A stretch of DNA of 64,000 bases from Aminivibrio sp. Its GTDB lineage: Bacteria > Synergistota > Synergistia > Synergistales > Aminobacteriaceae. The stretch covers positions 2,149-66,148 of the forward strand of contig NZ_JAESIH010000059.1 of assembly GCF_016756745.1 (NCBI RefSeq). Reading direction: 5' to 3'. The notes beneath the pieces are model-generated. The model was not told the origin of the DNA and did no database searches. It saw only the letters and a list, made by a program, of their open reading frames with translations. This document shows positions 49,289-59,140 of the stretch, in pieces (within the stretch, counting starts at the first letter, position 1; every line of letters starts with the position of its first letter). A program made the translations under genes and the position numbers.

Positions 49289-51424
49289 TTATACGACGGC
49301 AGGCTTATTTGACAAAACCCCGCCGTCTTTTTCAATCTTGAAGCGCTCCGTCATGCGCCGCATGTCCTCGGAAGTCTCGCTCACTTCCTGGGCGCTCGTG
49401 GCCACGGTCTCCATGGCGGCCGCCGTCTCCTCCATGGAGGCCGCGAGGGTCTGCACATGGTCGTCGGTGAGCTCCATGACGCTGGCGGTGGTGTCGATAA
49501 GGGAGATCACCTTGTCGGACTTGGCCACTTCCTCGTCGGTGGTGGAAATGATCCTCCTTATATCCTCCACGGATCTCCCGATGGCCTTGCCGATCCGCTC
49601 CAGGGCTTCTCCCGCCACGTGGGCGATAGACACTCCTTCCTCAACGCCTTCCCGGCTTTTCTGCATGGACGCCACGGCGGACCTGGTCCCCTCGAGAATC
49701 CTGGCCACGAGTTCCGCCACTTCCCTGGCTCCCTGCTGGGACTGTTCCGCCAGTTTCCGGACTTCCTCGGCCACCACGGCGAATCCTCTTCCGGCCTCCC
49801 CAGCCCGAGCCGCCTCTATGGCGGCGTTGAGGGCGAGAAGGTTGGTCTGGTCGGCGATGCCGGTGATGGTGTCGCCCACCACGCCTATCCGGGCGGAAAA
49901 AGTGTCGAGCTGCGACAGGAGACCCTCCGTCTCCTCCACGGAGGTGCGGATGTTTTCCATGTGCTCCACGGTCTGGGCGACTGTTTCCCGTCCCTCCTCG
50001 GCCGCCCCCGACATCTCGGCGGAGTTTTTGTCGGCGCTTGCCGCAAGGCTCTGGGCAATCTGAATGAGACTGCTCATCTCGAGCATGACCTTGGACGCCT
50101 CAATTGAGTTCTCCCTCCCCCTCCTGGTCTGCTCGGCCAGTTGGGCGTTGCCCTCGGCCACCTCGTTGGTGGTGCTCGTGACCTCTTCGGTGGAGGCCGC
50201 CGTCTCCTCGGAGAGGGCCGACAGGTGGACCGACTTTCCCTTCAACTCCCGGACCATCTCCCGCTGCCCCCGGACCATGTCCGCCAGGGCATCAGCCATG
50301 AGCCCCAGCTCGTCCCTGGTGACGATCTGGAAATCCTCCCGTTCGATGGACAGATCCCCTTCCTTCGCCATCCCGGCGAGGACGGTCACCCTGTTCAGGG
50401 GACGGGTCAGGCTCCGTGTCATGGCGAATGCGATGGCCGCGCCGAGCAGCACCGCTGCGGCGGTGGAAAGAAGAATGACGGAAATGGTGGAAGCGAGGCT
50501 GTCCACGGCGTGGTCGGAGATCTTCTGGGAATTGGCCGCTCCGGCCTGCACAACCTGGTCAGCCATGGCAAGAATGCCCCTCCCCGTCTCGACTCTCCGG
50601 GCGTTGAGTTCTTCGAGGCTTCTCCAGGCCGTCAGGACCCCAGCCATCACGGATCGGTAATCCGCTCCGGCTTTCTCCACGGCCTTTATCTGCTCGATAT
50701 TCACCCTCTGGAACGTCATGGCCTTCAGACGCTCAAGGATCGACTCCATTTCCTCGAAATGCTGGAGCCCCTCTTCGAGGAGCACGGGATTTCTCTGGGC
50801 CTGTCCTCTGTAGTTGGCCAACCGCACAAGGTTTCCCAGATCGATGAGTGCGTTTCCGAGAACAATCTTCTGCAGCCGTCCCGAAAGCTCCGACTGGAGG
50901 GTGCTCTCCCCGAACTCCCTCTCAAGGGTCTGTTCCTGGGAGCGGACGTAGTTCTCCGCATTTTCGAAAAATGCCCTCTCGCTGTCGGTTCCCCTGTTCC
51001 TGAGGGCATTCATGGACTCCACGGCCTTCTCGGTATCGTCCATGAGCTTCACGTACTCGTCGAGCCCTGCCATGGCATCGGCGGCGCCCGCCCTGAGGGT
51101 GACCAGGGCCGGATACTTCTCCGCGAGGGCCGCCGCATCCCCCAGGGCGGCCCGGGCACTTTCCGCGGCACTGCGGCCCGCGTCGAGGAACGAACGGTCG
51201 TAGGTGTAGCTGTAGCCCCGTATTTCGTACATGAGATCCTGTACTGTGCTCTGAATCCTCTCCGCAAGCACCATTTCCGGAACATATTCGTCAGCAAGGG
51301 AACGGACTTCCCGGCTCACCTCCCCCATGTTGAACCAGCTCAGCGCCCCCACTCCGGAAAATATGAGCAGCAGGACGCCGAAGGCCAGAGCGAGCTTCGC
51401 CCCGATCTTTAAATTCCTGAACAT
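49289..51424 (-). CDS. Methyl-accepting chemotaxis protein
   Basis: TM, long periplasmic helical domain, TM, HAMP (DELGLMA), [38 protein letters not shown]. Confidence 0.92.
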   Translation of the reverse strand: MFRNLKIGAKLALAFGVLLLIFSGVGALSWFNMGEVSREVRSLADEYVPEMVLAERIQSTVQDLMYEIRGYSYTYDRSFLDAGRSAAESARAALGDAAALAEKYPALVTLRAGAADAMAGLDEYVKLMDDTEKAVESMNALRNRGTDSERAFFENAENYVRSQEQTLEREFGESTLQSELSGRLQKIVLGNALIDLGNLVRLANYRGQAQRNPVLLEEGLQHFEEMESILERLKAMTFQRVNIEQIKAVEKAGADYRSVMAGVLTAWRSLEELNARRVETGRGILAMADQVVQAGAANSQKISDHAVDSLASTISVILLSTAAAVLLGAAIAFAMTRSLTRPLNRVTVLAGMAKEGDLSIEREDFQIVTRDELGLMADALADMVRGQREMVRELKGKSVHLSALSEETAASTEEVTSTTNEVAEGNAQLAEQTRRGRENSIEASKVMLEMSSLIQIAQSLAASADKNSAEMSGAAEEGRETVAQTVEHMENIRTSVEETEGLLSQLDTFSARIGVVGDTITGIADQTNLLALNAAIEAARAGEAGRGFAVVAEEVRKLAEQSQQGAREVAELVARILEGTRSAVASMQKSREGVEEGVSIAHVAGEALERIGKAIGRSVEDIRRIISTTDEEVAKSDKVISLIDTTASVMELTDDHVQTLAASMEETAAAMETVATSAQEVSETSEDMRRMTERFKIEKDGGVLSNKPAVV

Positions 51425-51544
51425 TCTCTCACACCTCTTTTCTTGAAAATATGTACCGAAAAAACACGCCTTCAGGGCGTTCCCGCGCCCCGGGAACATG
51501 GCGCCCCTGCGGACGGGAAGAAGCCACCGTTTTATTACCCGCGC

Positions 51545-51976
51545 TCACTTCATCTTCATCGTGACCGGATCTCCCGTTCTCACTTCTCCGCCCCGGATCA
51601 CCCGGAGAAAGTACCCCGCCGTGGGCAGAAGGCACCAGCCCCGGTAATCGTAGCTGTGGGGCTCCCCCGGTTTCTTGCCTTTCTCGATGACTTCCAGAAG
51701 CACAGAATCCCCAACCTTGAGGACCGTTCCGACGGGCAACTCTTCGGGGAGCCCTTCCACCACGAGGTTCTCGGCGAGGGATCCCGGTGGAAAGGCAAAA
51801 CCAGCCTCTTCTTCCGCCTTCCGGATATCCTCGGCCCGAAGCAGGCTCACTTCACGCTCCGTTACACCCCTGTGGGAGTCGCCCTTGATTCCTCCCGGAA
51901 GGAACAGGGCCCGCTCCACCTCCGTTTTCGGTTTCCGCCGTTCAGTGCTCAGGCAGACGGCCGTCACTGCCGCCAT
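51545..51976 (-). CDS. MOSC-domain protein
   Basis: GIKGDSH, REVSLL, AENLVV, RVIRGGEVRTGD. Confidence 0.8.
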   Translation of the reverse strand: MAAVTAVCLSTERRKPKTEVERALFLPGGIKGDSHRGVTEREVSLLRAEDIRKAEEEAGFAFPPGSLAENLVVEGLPEELPVGTVLKVGDSVLLEVIEKGKKPGEPHSYDYRGWCLLPTAGYFLRVIRGGEVRTGDPVTMKMK

Positions 51977-52066
51977 GGATCTCACTCCCCACCAATACGT
52001 TATATGATGAAAAAAACAGTTCTATAATACGATAGACGGCAAAAAAAGGCGAGGCCACTCACCTAG

Positions 52067-52345
52067 CCTAAATCCGTAGTTTTTCCTGGCGGAGGGGGTG
52101 TCACCGGGCATGAGGCGGATTCGCCCAGCCGGGGGCGAAGAGATCTCGCTCCGCGCTCTTTGCGGAGGGATTCCATTGGGGGACGGCGCAGGGGCGGTAA
52201 ACCGGCACGGATGCCGGTTTCACAGGCAGGCATCCGGCGAACGCTGGGAGCCGCGATGATCGCCTGGGCAGCTGTCATGGAGACAATCCGCGCCCCCCGC
52301 ACCAAGCGAGCGCCGGCGACGCTCCACGTTGCCTGCGGATTTAGG
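52067..52345 (+). mobile_element. Full-length MITE-like element (279 bp), non-coding, with internal hairpins
   Basis: TIRs CCTAAATCCG / CGGATTTAGG; hairpins 52120-52139, 52149-52167, 52199-52220. Confidence 0.8.
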
Positions 52346-52358
52346 CCTCAGGCGAATA

Positions 52359-52544
52359 TCAGGATCCAACGTCGTCCAGGGGGGATTCCATTGGGGGCAT
52401 TCCCCTGGACAGAATTTCGTAACCGTAAACTTTTCCCTCGGCGACGTCCAGAATGGGCTGGAACACCGGGAGAATCCCCCCTTTTTCGAGAAGTTTCCCC
52501 AAAAACAGACCATAGGATTTTTCCTGCACGATGAAAGATCTCAT
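52359..52544 (-). pseudogene. EAL-domain phosphodiesterase relic (N-terminus fused to LDDVGS motif)
   Basis: PVFQPILD...YGYEILSRG...ESP joined to LDDVGS*YS; RBS retained; ends 13 bp from the MITE right end. Confidence 0.75.
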
Positions 52545-52614
52545 TTACGTTCTCCCTCCCGCTTTGTCTGCAGGAACTTTAGCACCGCAACGCAACTTCC
52601 GGGTAAACGTTCTG

Positions 52615-52769
52615 TGCACTTTTCATGGCCTTCCTGGCGGTCTACCTCGGGCTTTCCCAGCATGTCTCCGGCCTCGGCATCACCCTGCTCTCCACCGGGC
52701 TGGCCATGTTCATCTACCGGCTCAGCGTGGGATCCCCCGTGAACCCCCCCACGGTACAGCCTTTCACCC
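52615..52769 (+). repeat. Exact 155-bp copy of 58380-58534 (internal to ABC permease gene)
   Basis: Base-by-base comparison from TGCACTTTTCATGG to CCTTTCACCC found no mismatch. Confidence 0.92.
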
Positions 52770-52776
52770 GTGTTCT

Positions 52777-54111
52777 TCAGGCCATCCGCGGCAGAAGCAC
52801 CGGAAGGACTTCCTTTTCCTCTCCGCTCCCCCTTGGGGTGACGGAGAAGTCAACGCGCCGCTTCTTCCCGCCCCAGGTCAAGGTCCGCTGCGCCGGGGCC
52901 GTCTCGGCGATGACAGAGCCGTTCCGCACCGACCACAGGCACTCGCTCTGGAGCCGGATCGCATCGAACCGGTCAGAGGCGTCGAGGACCAGGAGATTCG
53001 CAGGCTTTCCCGGTTCGATGCCGTAGCGCTCCTGCACGTTCATGGTCCGGGCGGAATTGACTGTGATCATGTCGAAAAGACGTAAAATCCGGCTGTAGCC
53101 GCTCATGTGGGCCGTGTGGAGCAGGAGGTTCGCCGCAGCGAGCATGGATCCCTTTCCCATGGGGTACCAGGGGTCCATGATGGAGTCATGGCCGATACAG
53201 ACGTTCAGCCCGGCTGCGTCCAGCTCGTCCACCCGGGTGTGTCCCCTGCGGCGGGGGTAACCGTCCGTCCGGTTCTGGAGCACCGAATTGTCGAAGGGAA
53301 GGGTGATGAAATTCATCTTCGCCCGCCGGAAAATGCCCATGAGCTTCAGGGCGTAGTCGTTGTTGTAATTGTGCATGGCCGTGGTATGGCTCGCTGTCGC
53401 CCGGGGCCCCATGCCGGTGGCGATGGCGCATTTGGCCATGACCTCGACAAACCGGGACTGGTCGTCCCCCGTCTCGTCGCAGTGGATGTCCACAAGCCGG
53501 CCGTACTTCTCCGCCAGCTCGAAGGCCAGCTCCACGGACCGGACGCCGTCCTCCCGGGTCAGTTCGTTGTGGGGTATGGCACCGACGCAGTCGCATCCCA
53601 TCTCCACGGCACGGCGAAGATTTCTCTCGCCGTCGGGGATGGTGTAGATGCCGTCCTGGGGAAAAGCCACCACCTGGATGTCGGTGATCTCCCGCATCTC
53701 GTCCTTCAGTTCCAGCAAGGCCTCTACCGTGACCAGGGAGGGGTCGGTGGTGTCGGCGTGGGTCCTGATGAACTGCACGCCGTTGGCAGCCTCCCAGAGG
53801 ACGGCTTCCCTGGCGTTCCGGAGAATCTCTTCCTTTGTGACTCCGGGGCGGCGCTCGCCCCAGATGGCGATGCCCTCGAGGAGAGTGCCCGAGGCATTGT
53901 ACCGGGGCGATCCCACGGTAAGGACCGCGTCGAGGTGGAGGTGAGGGTCGGCGAAGGGAGGTACAACCAGCCTGCCGCCCGCGTCGATCTCCTTGGCCGC
54001 TCCGAAGTCCAGCCGCTTCTCCACGGCGGCGAACACCCCGCCGTTGATGCCGATGTCCGCGATTTCTCCGTCTGCAAGCCGTGCCCTGCGAATAATCAGG
54101 TCCATGGTCAT
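52777..54111 (-). CDS. codA: Cytosine deaminase (bacterial CodA type), Ser at the Asp314-equivalent position
   Basis: PHLHLD, VAFPQDG, IHCDE, TASHT, GHDSIMDPWYPMG. Confidence 0.88.
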   Translation of the reverse strand: MTMDLIIRRARLADGEIADIGINGGVFAAVEKRLDFGAAKEIDAGGRLVVPPFADPHLHLDAVLTVGSPRYNASGTLLEGIAIWGERRPGVTKEEILRNAREAVLWEAANGVQFIRTHADTTDPSLVTVEALLELKDEMREITDIQVVAFPQDGIYTIPDGERNLRRAVEMGCDCVGAIPHNELTREDGVRSVELAFELAEKYGRLVDIHCDETGDDQSRFVEVMAKCAIATGMGPRATASHTTAMHNYNNDYALKLMGIFRRAKMNFITLPFDNSVLQNRTDGYPRRRGHTRVDELDAAGLNVCIGHDSIMDPWYPMGKGSMLAAANLLLHTAHMSGYSRILRLFDMITVNSARTMNVQERYGIEPGKPANLLVLDASDRFDAIRLQSECLWSVRNGSVIAETAPAQRTLTWGGKKRRVDFSVTPRGSGEEKEVLPVLLPRMA

Positions 54112-54434
54112 TTCCCCTCTTTTCATATTTATGCCACCGGTTGCACATTTTAACATAAAGGGGGCCCGGTGTCCATGGCTGACAAAAATTTCCGGAATTC
54201 TCGTTACATCTCACCATTGACACGGGTTGAAGGCAACCGTTTAATGATGTAAATGGGCATTTCGTCGGCACATTTCTGATAAAATAAGATACAATCCTTA
54301 TCCTGCACCGGAACGAACGGGGAGGTGAGCCGGAAAAGTCAGTCCGCCGGGAAAGGGTGCGTCCGAACGGCAGTTTGGGGAAGCGTCCGCGGCACTTGCG
54401 GCCGCTGCTACCGAGACCAGGGAGGTGTTATCTT

Positions 54435-55427
54435 TTGAGGAAAAACGTATTGGCGTTGTCGATGGTATTTGTCCTTCTCCTCGCCGGAACCGCGTCGGCG
54501 GAGGCAAAGGAATACAAGGACTTCAAGCTGGCCGCCGTATTCCAGACGGCCATCGAGGAACCCTGGGACGGGGCGATCCACCAGGCCTGCATCCTTCTGC
54601 AGAAGGAACTCGGCTTCACGTACGAATTCACAGAGAAGGTGGGAGCGGCGGACTTCGAGCGGGTTCTCAGGGAGTACGCCGAGAGAGGCTTCGACCTCAT
54701 CGTGGGAGACGCTTTCCTGGCAGGGGAGGAGCCTTCCCGCAGGGTCGCGAAAGATTACCCGGAAGTCGCCTTCGCCTTCGGGTCAGAGTTCACCTTCCAG
54801 GAACCAAACTACTCCGTGTTCGACAACTGGATTCATGAACCTTCCTACCTCTGCGGCGTCATCGCAGGCCGCATGACAAAAACCAACACCCTCGGCATCG
54901 TCGCCGCCATTCCCATCGCGGAAGTCAACCGTCTCGTCCACGCCTTCAAGCTAGGTGCCCTTTCGGTCAACCCCAGCGTCAAGGTGAAGGTCGCCTACAT
55001 CGGAAGCTGGTTCGATCCCCCCAAGGCCAAGGAAGCGACCCTCGCCCAGATCGAGGCGGGAGCCGATCTGATTTTCGCCGAACGGTTCGGCGTGTTCGAG
55101 GCGGCCAAGGAGAAGGGGGTCCTCGCCTTCGGCAACATGATGGACCAGCATGCCCTCGCGCCCGAGGTAGTCGTCACGGGACCGGTGTGGAACATGGAAC
55201 CCACTGTCCGCCATTGCATCGACACCGTGAGAAACAAGGAATGGAAGGCCGAAGACCTGAGGGAGTGGTCCATGTTGGCCCGGGGCGGCGCATATCTCGC
55301 TCCCTTCCACGAGTTCCAGCAGAAACTTCCTCCAGAAGTGATCAGGGAAGTCCGGGAACTGGAATCGAAGATCATGAACGGCCAGTTCACCGTGCCCATC
55401 ATCGAGACCGAGCTGAAGACGGACTGA
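54435..55427 (+). CDS. BMP-family (nucleoside/purine) ABC transporter substrate-binding protein
   Basis: Signal peptide; YLCGVIAGRMTKTN, GSWFDPPKAKEA; TTG start after GGAGG. Confidence 0.88.
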   Translation: MRKNVLALSMVFVLLLAGTASAEAKEYKDFKLAAVFQTAIEEPWDGAIHQACILLQKELGFTYEFTEKVGAADFERVLREYAERGFDLIVGDAFLAGEEPSRRVAKDYPEVAFAFGSEFTFQEPNYSVFDNWIHEPSYLCGVIAGRMTKTNTLGIVAAIPIAEVNRLVHAFKLGALSVNPSVKVKVAYIGSWFDPPKAKEATLAQIEAGADLIFAERFGVFEAAKEKGVLAFGNMMDQHALAPEVVVTGPVWNMEPTVRHCIDTVRNKEWKAEDLREWSMLARGGAYLAPFHEFQQKLPPEVIREVRELESKIMNGQFTVPIIETELKTD

Positions 55428-55520
55428 TTGCCGCTCCGGGGGCGGGCCCTCCTGCCCGCCCCTTTCGTCTTTATCCTTTATTCTCAGTGTATTCGCAGCT
55501 ACCCGAAAGGGGTGGATACA

Positions 55521-57095
55521 ATGCCTACTGACAGGCCTGCCATGAGCGCCGTACAGGGGGAAGTGCCGGTCTCCGGGCACACAGCCCCTCCCTGCGTCGT
55601 GGAAATGCGCTCCATTACCAAGACATTTCTCGACGTCACGGCAAACAGCGACGTGAACTTTTCGCTCAGGGAAGGGGAAATCTGCGCTCTTCTCGGAGAG
55701 AACGGCGCCGGTAAGACCACGCTCATGAACATTCTCTTCGGCTATTACGCCGCCGACAGCGGAGAAATCCGCATCGGGGGGGAAAAAGTTACCTTTTCCT
55801 CCCCCAGGGACGCCATCGCCTGCCGCATCGGCATGGTCCACCAGCACTTCACCCTGGTGCCGTCCCAGACCGTGCTTGAAAACGTGGTGGTGGGAAGCGG
55901 CGGAGGGAGATTCTTTCTCGATCTTTCCGGTGCGCGGAAAAAACTGCTCACCCTTCAGGACCGTTTCGGACTCCACGTGGACCCCGACGCCCCGGTATGG
56001 ACCCTCCCCATAGGCGGGCAGCAAAAGGTGGAGATTCTGAAGGCTCTCTACAGGGACGCCCGCATCCTGATCCTCGACGAACCCACGGCGGTGCTCGCTC
56101 CCTTGGAAACCAAGGAGCTTTTCGCGACCCTTCGCACCCTCGCAGCGGAGGGCTGCTCCATAATCTTCATCTCCCACAAGCTCTATGAGGTTATGGAAAT
56201 CGCCGACCGCGTGGTGGTGCTCACGAAGGGAGTACTCACCGCCGAGAGGAAGGTCTCCGAGACCAGCGAACGGGAGCTGGCCAAACTCATGGTGGGCCGG
56301 GAACTCGCGGAGAAGAAGCGTCCTGCCAGGGGAACCCCGGGAAGCCCTCTTCTGGTCGTCCGGGGCCTGACAGTGAAGAACGACAGGAACCTCGAGGCAG
56401 TAAAGGATCTCTCCCTGGAGGTCCGCTCCGGAGAGATCCTGGGCATGGCCGGGGTTTCCGGCAACGGGCAGAGAGAGCTCGCGGAAGCCCTGTTCGGCCT
56501 CCGGAAGCCCGTTTCGGGCACCATCTCCGTGGACGGCAGAATCCTTCCCCCGGGCCGCCCGAAAGCTTCGGTGGACAGCGGCATGGGGAGAATACCCGAG
56601 GACAGGATGACTACCGGCCTCCTCCTGGAGCTTTCCGTGGAGGAAAACCTCGTGCTGGAAAACCACGGGAAATTCCGCTCCATGGGTATGCTGGATCACG
56701 GCGCCATTGGGCGGCACGCCGACCGGCTCATTTCCGAATTCAACATCAGGACCGACGGCAGGACGGCCAAGGCCCTGACGCTTTCGGGAGGAAACCTCCA
56801 GAAGATCATCCTGGCCCGGGCGCTTTCGGCGTCGCCGAAAGTGGTGGTGGCTGCCCAGCCCACCAGGGGACTCGACGTGGGGGCCATCGAATACATCCAC
56901 TGGCGGATCGTGGATGCCAGGGCAGGCGGCGCGGCAATTCTTCTCATCTCCGAGGATCTCGACGAAATATTCGGACTCAGCGACCGGATCGCCGTCATGT
57001 ACGAAGGCCGCATCATGGGCATAGCCGACGGCGGCTCAGCGTCCAGGGAGCGGATAGGACTCTGGATGAGCGGGGTGAACGAACCATGCGTATGA
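55521..57095 (+). CDS. Nucleoside ABC transporter ATPase (tandem NBD)
   Basis: GENGAGKT, GMVHQHF, LILDEPT, LSGGNLQK, QPTRGLD. Confidence 0.9.
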   Translation: MPTDRPAMSAVQGEVPVSGHTAPPCVVEMRSITKTFLDVTANSDVNFSLREGEICALLGENGAGKTTLMNILFGYYAADSGEIRIGGEKVTFSSPRDAIACRIGMVHQHFTLVPSQTVLENVVVGSGGGRFFLDLSGARKKLLTLQDRFGLHVDPDAPVWTLPIGGQQKVEILKALYRDARILILDEPTAVLAPLETKELFATLRTLAAEGCSIIFISHKLYEVMEIADRVVVLTKGVLTAERKVSETSERELAKLMVGRELAEKKRPARGTPGSPLLVVRGLTVKNDRNLEAVKDLSLEVRSGEILGMAGVSGNGQRELAEALFGLRKPVSGTISVDGRILPPGRPKASVDSGMGRIPEDRMTTGLLLELSVEENLVLENHGKFRSMGMLDHGAIGRHADRLISEFNIRTDGRTAKALTLSGGNLQKIILARALSASPKVVVAAQPTRGLDVGAIEYIHWRIVDARAGGAAILLISEDLDEIFGLSDRIAVMYEGRIMGIADGGSASRERIGLWMSGVNEPCV

Positions 57096-58144
57096 TCATC
57101 ACGAAACGGGCCCCCCTTCCCGGGTGGGTCCAGGCGCTTGTCCCCGTGGCAGCCATCCTGGTGACCCTCATCCTTTCGGCCGTTCCCATTCTCATCGCCG
57201 GAGGGGACCTCTGGCTCTCCTACACGTCTCTCTTCAGGGGAGCCTTGGGCACCAGGTACAACTTCCTCGAGACCTGCGTGAAGGCCGCTCCTCTGACCTT
57301 TACCGGTCTGGCCGTGGCCTTCGCCTTCCGGGCGAAGTTCTGGAACATCGGCGCCGAAGGACAGCTTCTCGCCGGGGCCATCGCCGCCACCTGGGTGGGC
57401 ATAAACGCCCCGGCTCTTCCGAAGGCTGCCGTGCTGGTCCTCGTCTGCGCTGCGGGCTTTCTCGCCGGGGGCCTCTGGGCCACCGTCCCCGCCCTGATGA
57501 AGACGAAATACAGGGTGGATGACGTGGTCACCACCCTTCTTCTGAACTACGTCATGTGGCACATTATGGGATACCTGCTCTTCGGCCCCCTCCAGATGCC
57601 GAACTCGAGCTGGCCGAGGTCGCCCGCCATAGCGGAACTGGCCAGGTTCCCCGTGCTCCTGGCCCGCTCCCGGTTCCACCTCGGCATCGTGCTTGCGGTC
57701 GCTGCGGTCCTCATCGTCTGGTTCATCAACTCGAAGACCGTCTTCGGCTATCAGTCCCGGGCGGTGGGCGTCAACCCCAGGGCGGCGGCCTTCGGGGGCA
57801 TCGACGTCAACTCCGTGATCATCAGGACCGCCGTCCTTTCCGGAGGGCTCGCGGGAATGGCGGGCGTGGGTGAAGTGGCCGCCATTCACTTCCATCTCCT
57901 CATGGACGTCTCGCCGGGATTCGGGTACTCGGGCATCGTCATCGCCATGCTGGGGAGGCTTCATCCCCTGGGGACGGCCCTCGCGGCCTTCTTCTTCAGC
58001 GTGATTATCGTGGGAGCCCAGTCCATGAGCAGGCTCACCGGCGTCCCGACCTACATCGCCGAGGTGATCCAGGGCATGGCCCTCATCGTGATGCTCATCG
58101 CCCTCCTCCTCACCGAATACCGCATAAAGGCGGTGAAAGACTGA
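57086..58144 (+). CDS. Nucleoside ABC transporter permease
   Basis: FWNIGAEGQ, AVGVNPRAAAFGGI, GFGYSGIVIA. Confidence 0.9.
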   Translation: MRMIITKRAPLPGWVQALVPVAAILVTLILSAVPILIAGGDLWLSYTSLFRGALGTRYNFLETCVKAAPLTFTGLAVAFAFRAKFWNIGAEGQLLAGAIAATWVGINAPALPKAAVLVLVCAAGFLAGGLWATVPALMKTKYRVDDVVTTLLLNYVMWHIMGYLLFGPLQMPNSSWPRSPAIAELARFPVLLARSRFHLGIVLAVAAVLIVWFINSKTVFGYQSRAVGVNPRAAAFGGIDVNSVIIRTAVLSGGLAGMAGVGEVAAIHFHLLMDVSPGFGYSGIVIAMLGRLHPLGTALAAFFFSVIIVGAQSMSRLTGVPTYIAEVIQGMALIVMLIALLLTEYRIKAVKD

Positions 58145-59088
58145 TGGAACAGGTATTCACCCTCTCCTTCATCACCGGCCTCCTCGCCGCCATGATGCGC
58201 ATGGCTACCCCCATCATCTTCGGCACCCTTGGGGAAATTCTCAGCGAGCGGGCAGGCGTCCTCAACCTGGGCATCGAGGGAATTATGCTCATGGGCGCCA
58301 TGACGGGCTTCCTCACCACCCTCGCCACCGGATCCCTCTGGCTCGGCGTGGCAGCGGCCGCACTGATCGGCGCTCTCCTTGCACTTTTCATGGCCTTCCT
58401 GGCGGTCTACCTCGGGCTTTCCCAGCATGTCTCCGGCCTCGGCATCACCCTGCTCTCCACCGGGCTGGCCATGTTCATCTACCGGCTCAGCGTGGGATCC
58501 CCCGTGAACCCCCCCACGGTACAGCCTTTCACCCAGACGGCCATTCCGTACCTGTCGGAGCTGCCGGTTGTCGGTCCCGCTTTTTTCACTCAGTACACCT
58601 TGGTCTACTGGGCGTTTCTTCTCATCCCGGCCCTCTGGATCCTTCTTTACAGGACGACCTGGGGCCTGGCCATCCGCACCGTGGGTGAAAACCCCCTCGC
58701 TGCCGATACAGTGGGCATCAACGTCAACCTCGTCCGGACCCTCTGCCTGGCGGCAGGAGGGGCCCTCATGGGCATCGGAGGCGCTTTCCTTACCCTCGCC
58801 CACCAGAACATGTTCCTCATCGATGTGGTGGGAGGCAGGGGATGGATCAGCATCGCCATGGTCATCTTCGGCAATTGGGATCCCCTCCGGGGAGCGGCGG
58901 GCGCCCTCATCTTCGGCTTCCTCGACGCCCTGCAGCTCCGCCTCCAGGGGCTGGGCTTCGACATTCCCTTCCACCTGTTTCTTCTCATCCCCTACCTGAT
59001 GACGGTCGTCGCCCTTGTCAGCGTGTCGCGGAGAGCCGCGGCCCCGGCAGGGCTTCTAAAGCCCTACCGACGGGAAGAAAAAGGCTAG
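58144..59088 (+). CDS. Nucleoside ABC transporter permease
   Basis: SERAGVLNLGIEG, GENPLAADTVGI, GRGWISIA, PYLMT. Confidence 0.9.
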   Translation: MEQVFTLSFITGLLAAMMRMATPIIFGTLGEILSERAGVLNLGIEGIMLMGAMTGFLTTLATGSLWLGVAAAALIGALLALFMAFLAVYLGLSQHVSGLGITLLSTGLAMFIYRLSVGSPVNPPTVQPFTQTAIPYLSELPVVGPAFFTQYTLVYWAFLLIPALWILLYRTTWGLAIRTVGENPLAADTVGINVNLVRTLCLAAGGALMGIGGAFLTLAHQNMFLIDVVGGRGWISIAMVIFGNWDPLRGAAGALIFGFLDALQLRLQGLGFDIPFHLFLLIPYLMTVVALVSVSRRAAAPAGLLKPYRREEKG

Positions 59089-59140
59089 AGACTTTCTCCC
59101 CGGGGAGAAAGAGTACTATCGACAGACAGGAGAGTGCAGC

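Noticed and set aside
3250-52544. The two EAL relics as halves of one gene split by a 49-kb insertion bounded by inverted repeat ends
   Set aside because: Both fragments contain the LDDVG motif, so they overlap in domain coordinates and derive from different genes; the interval also holds core genes (ddl, murB, proC, ptsI).
52615-58534. Template/variable repeat pair of a diversity-generating retroelement
   Set aside because: The copies are identical with no adenine-specific differences, the target is a mid-gene membrane segment, and no reverse transcriptase is present.
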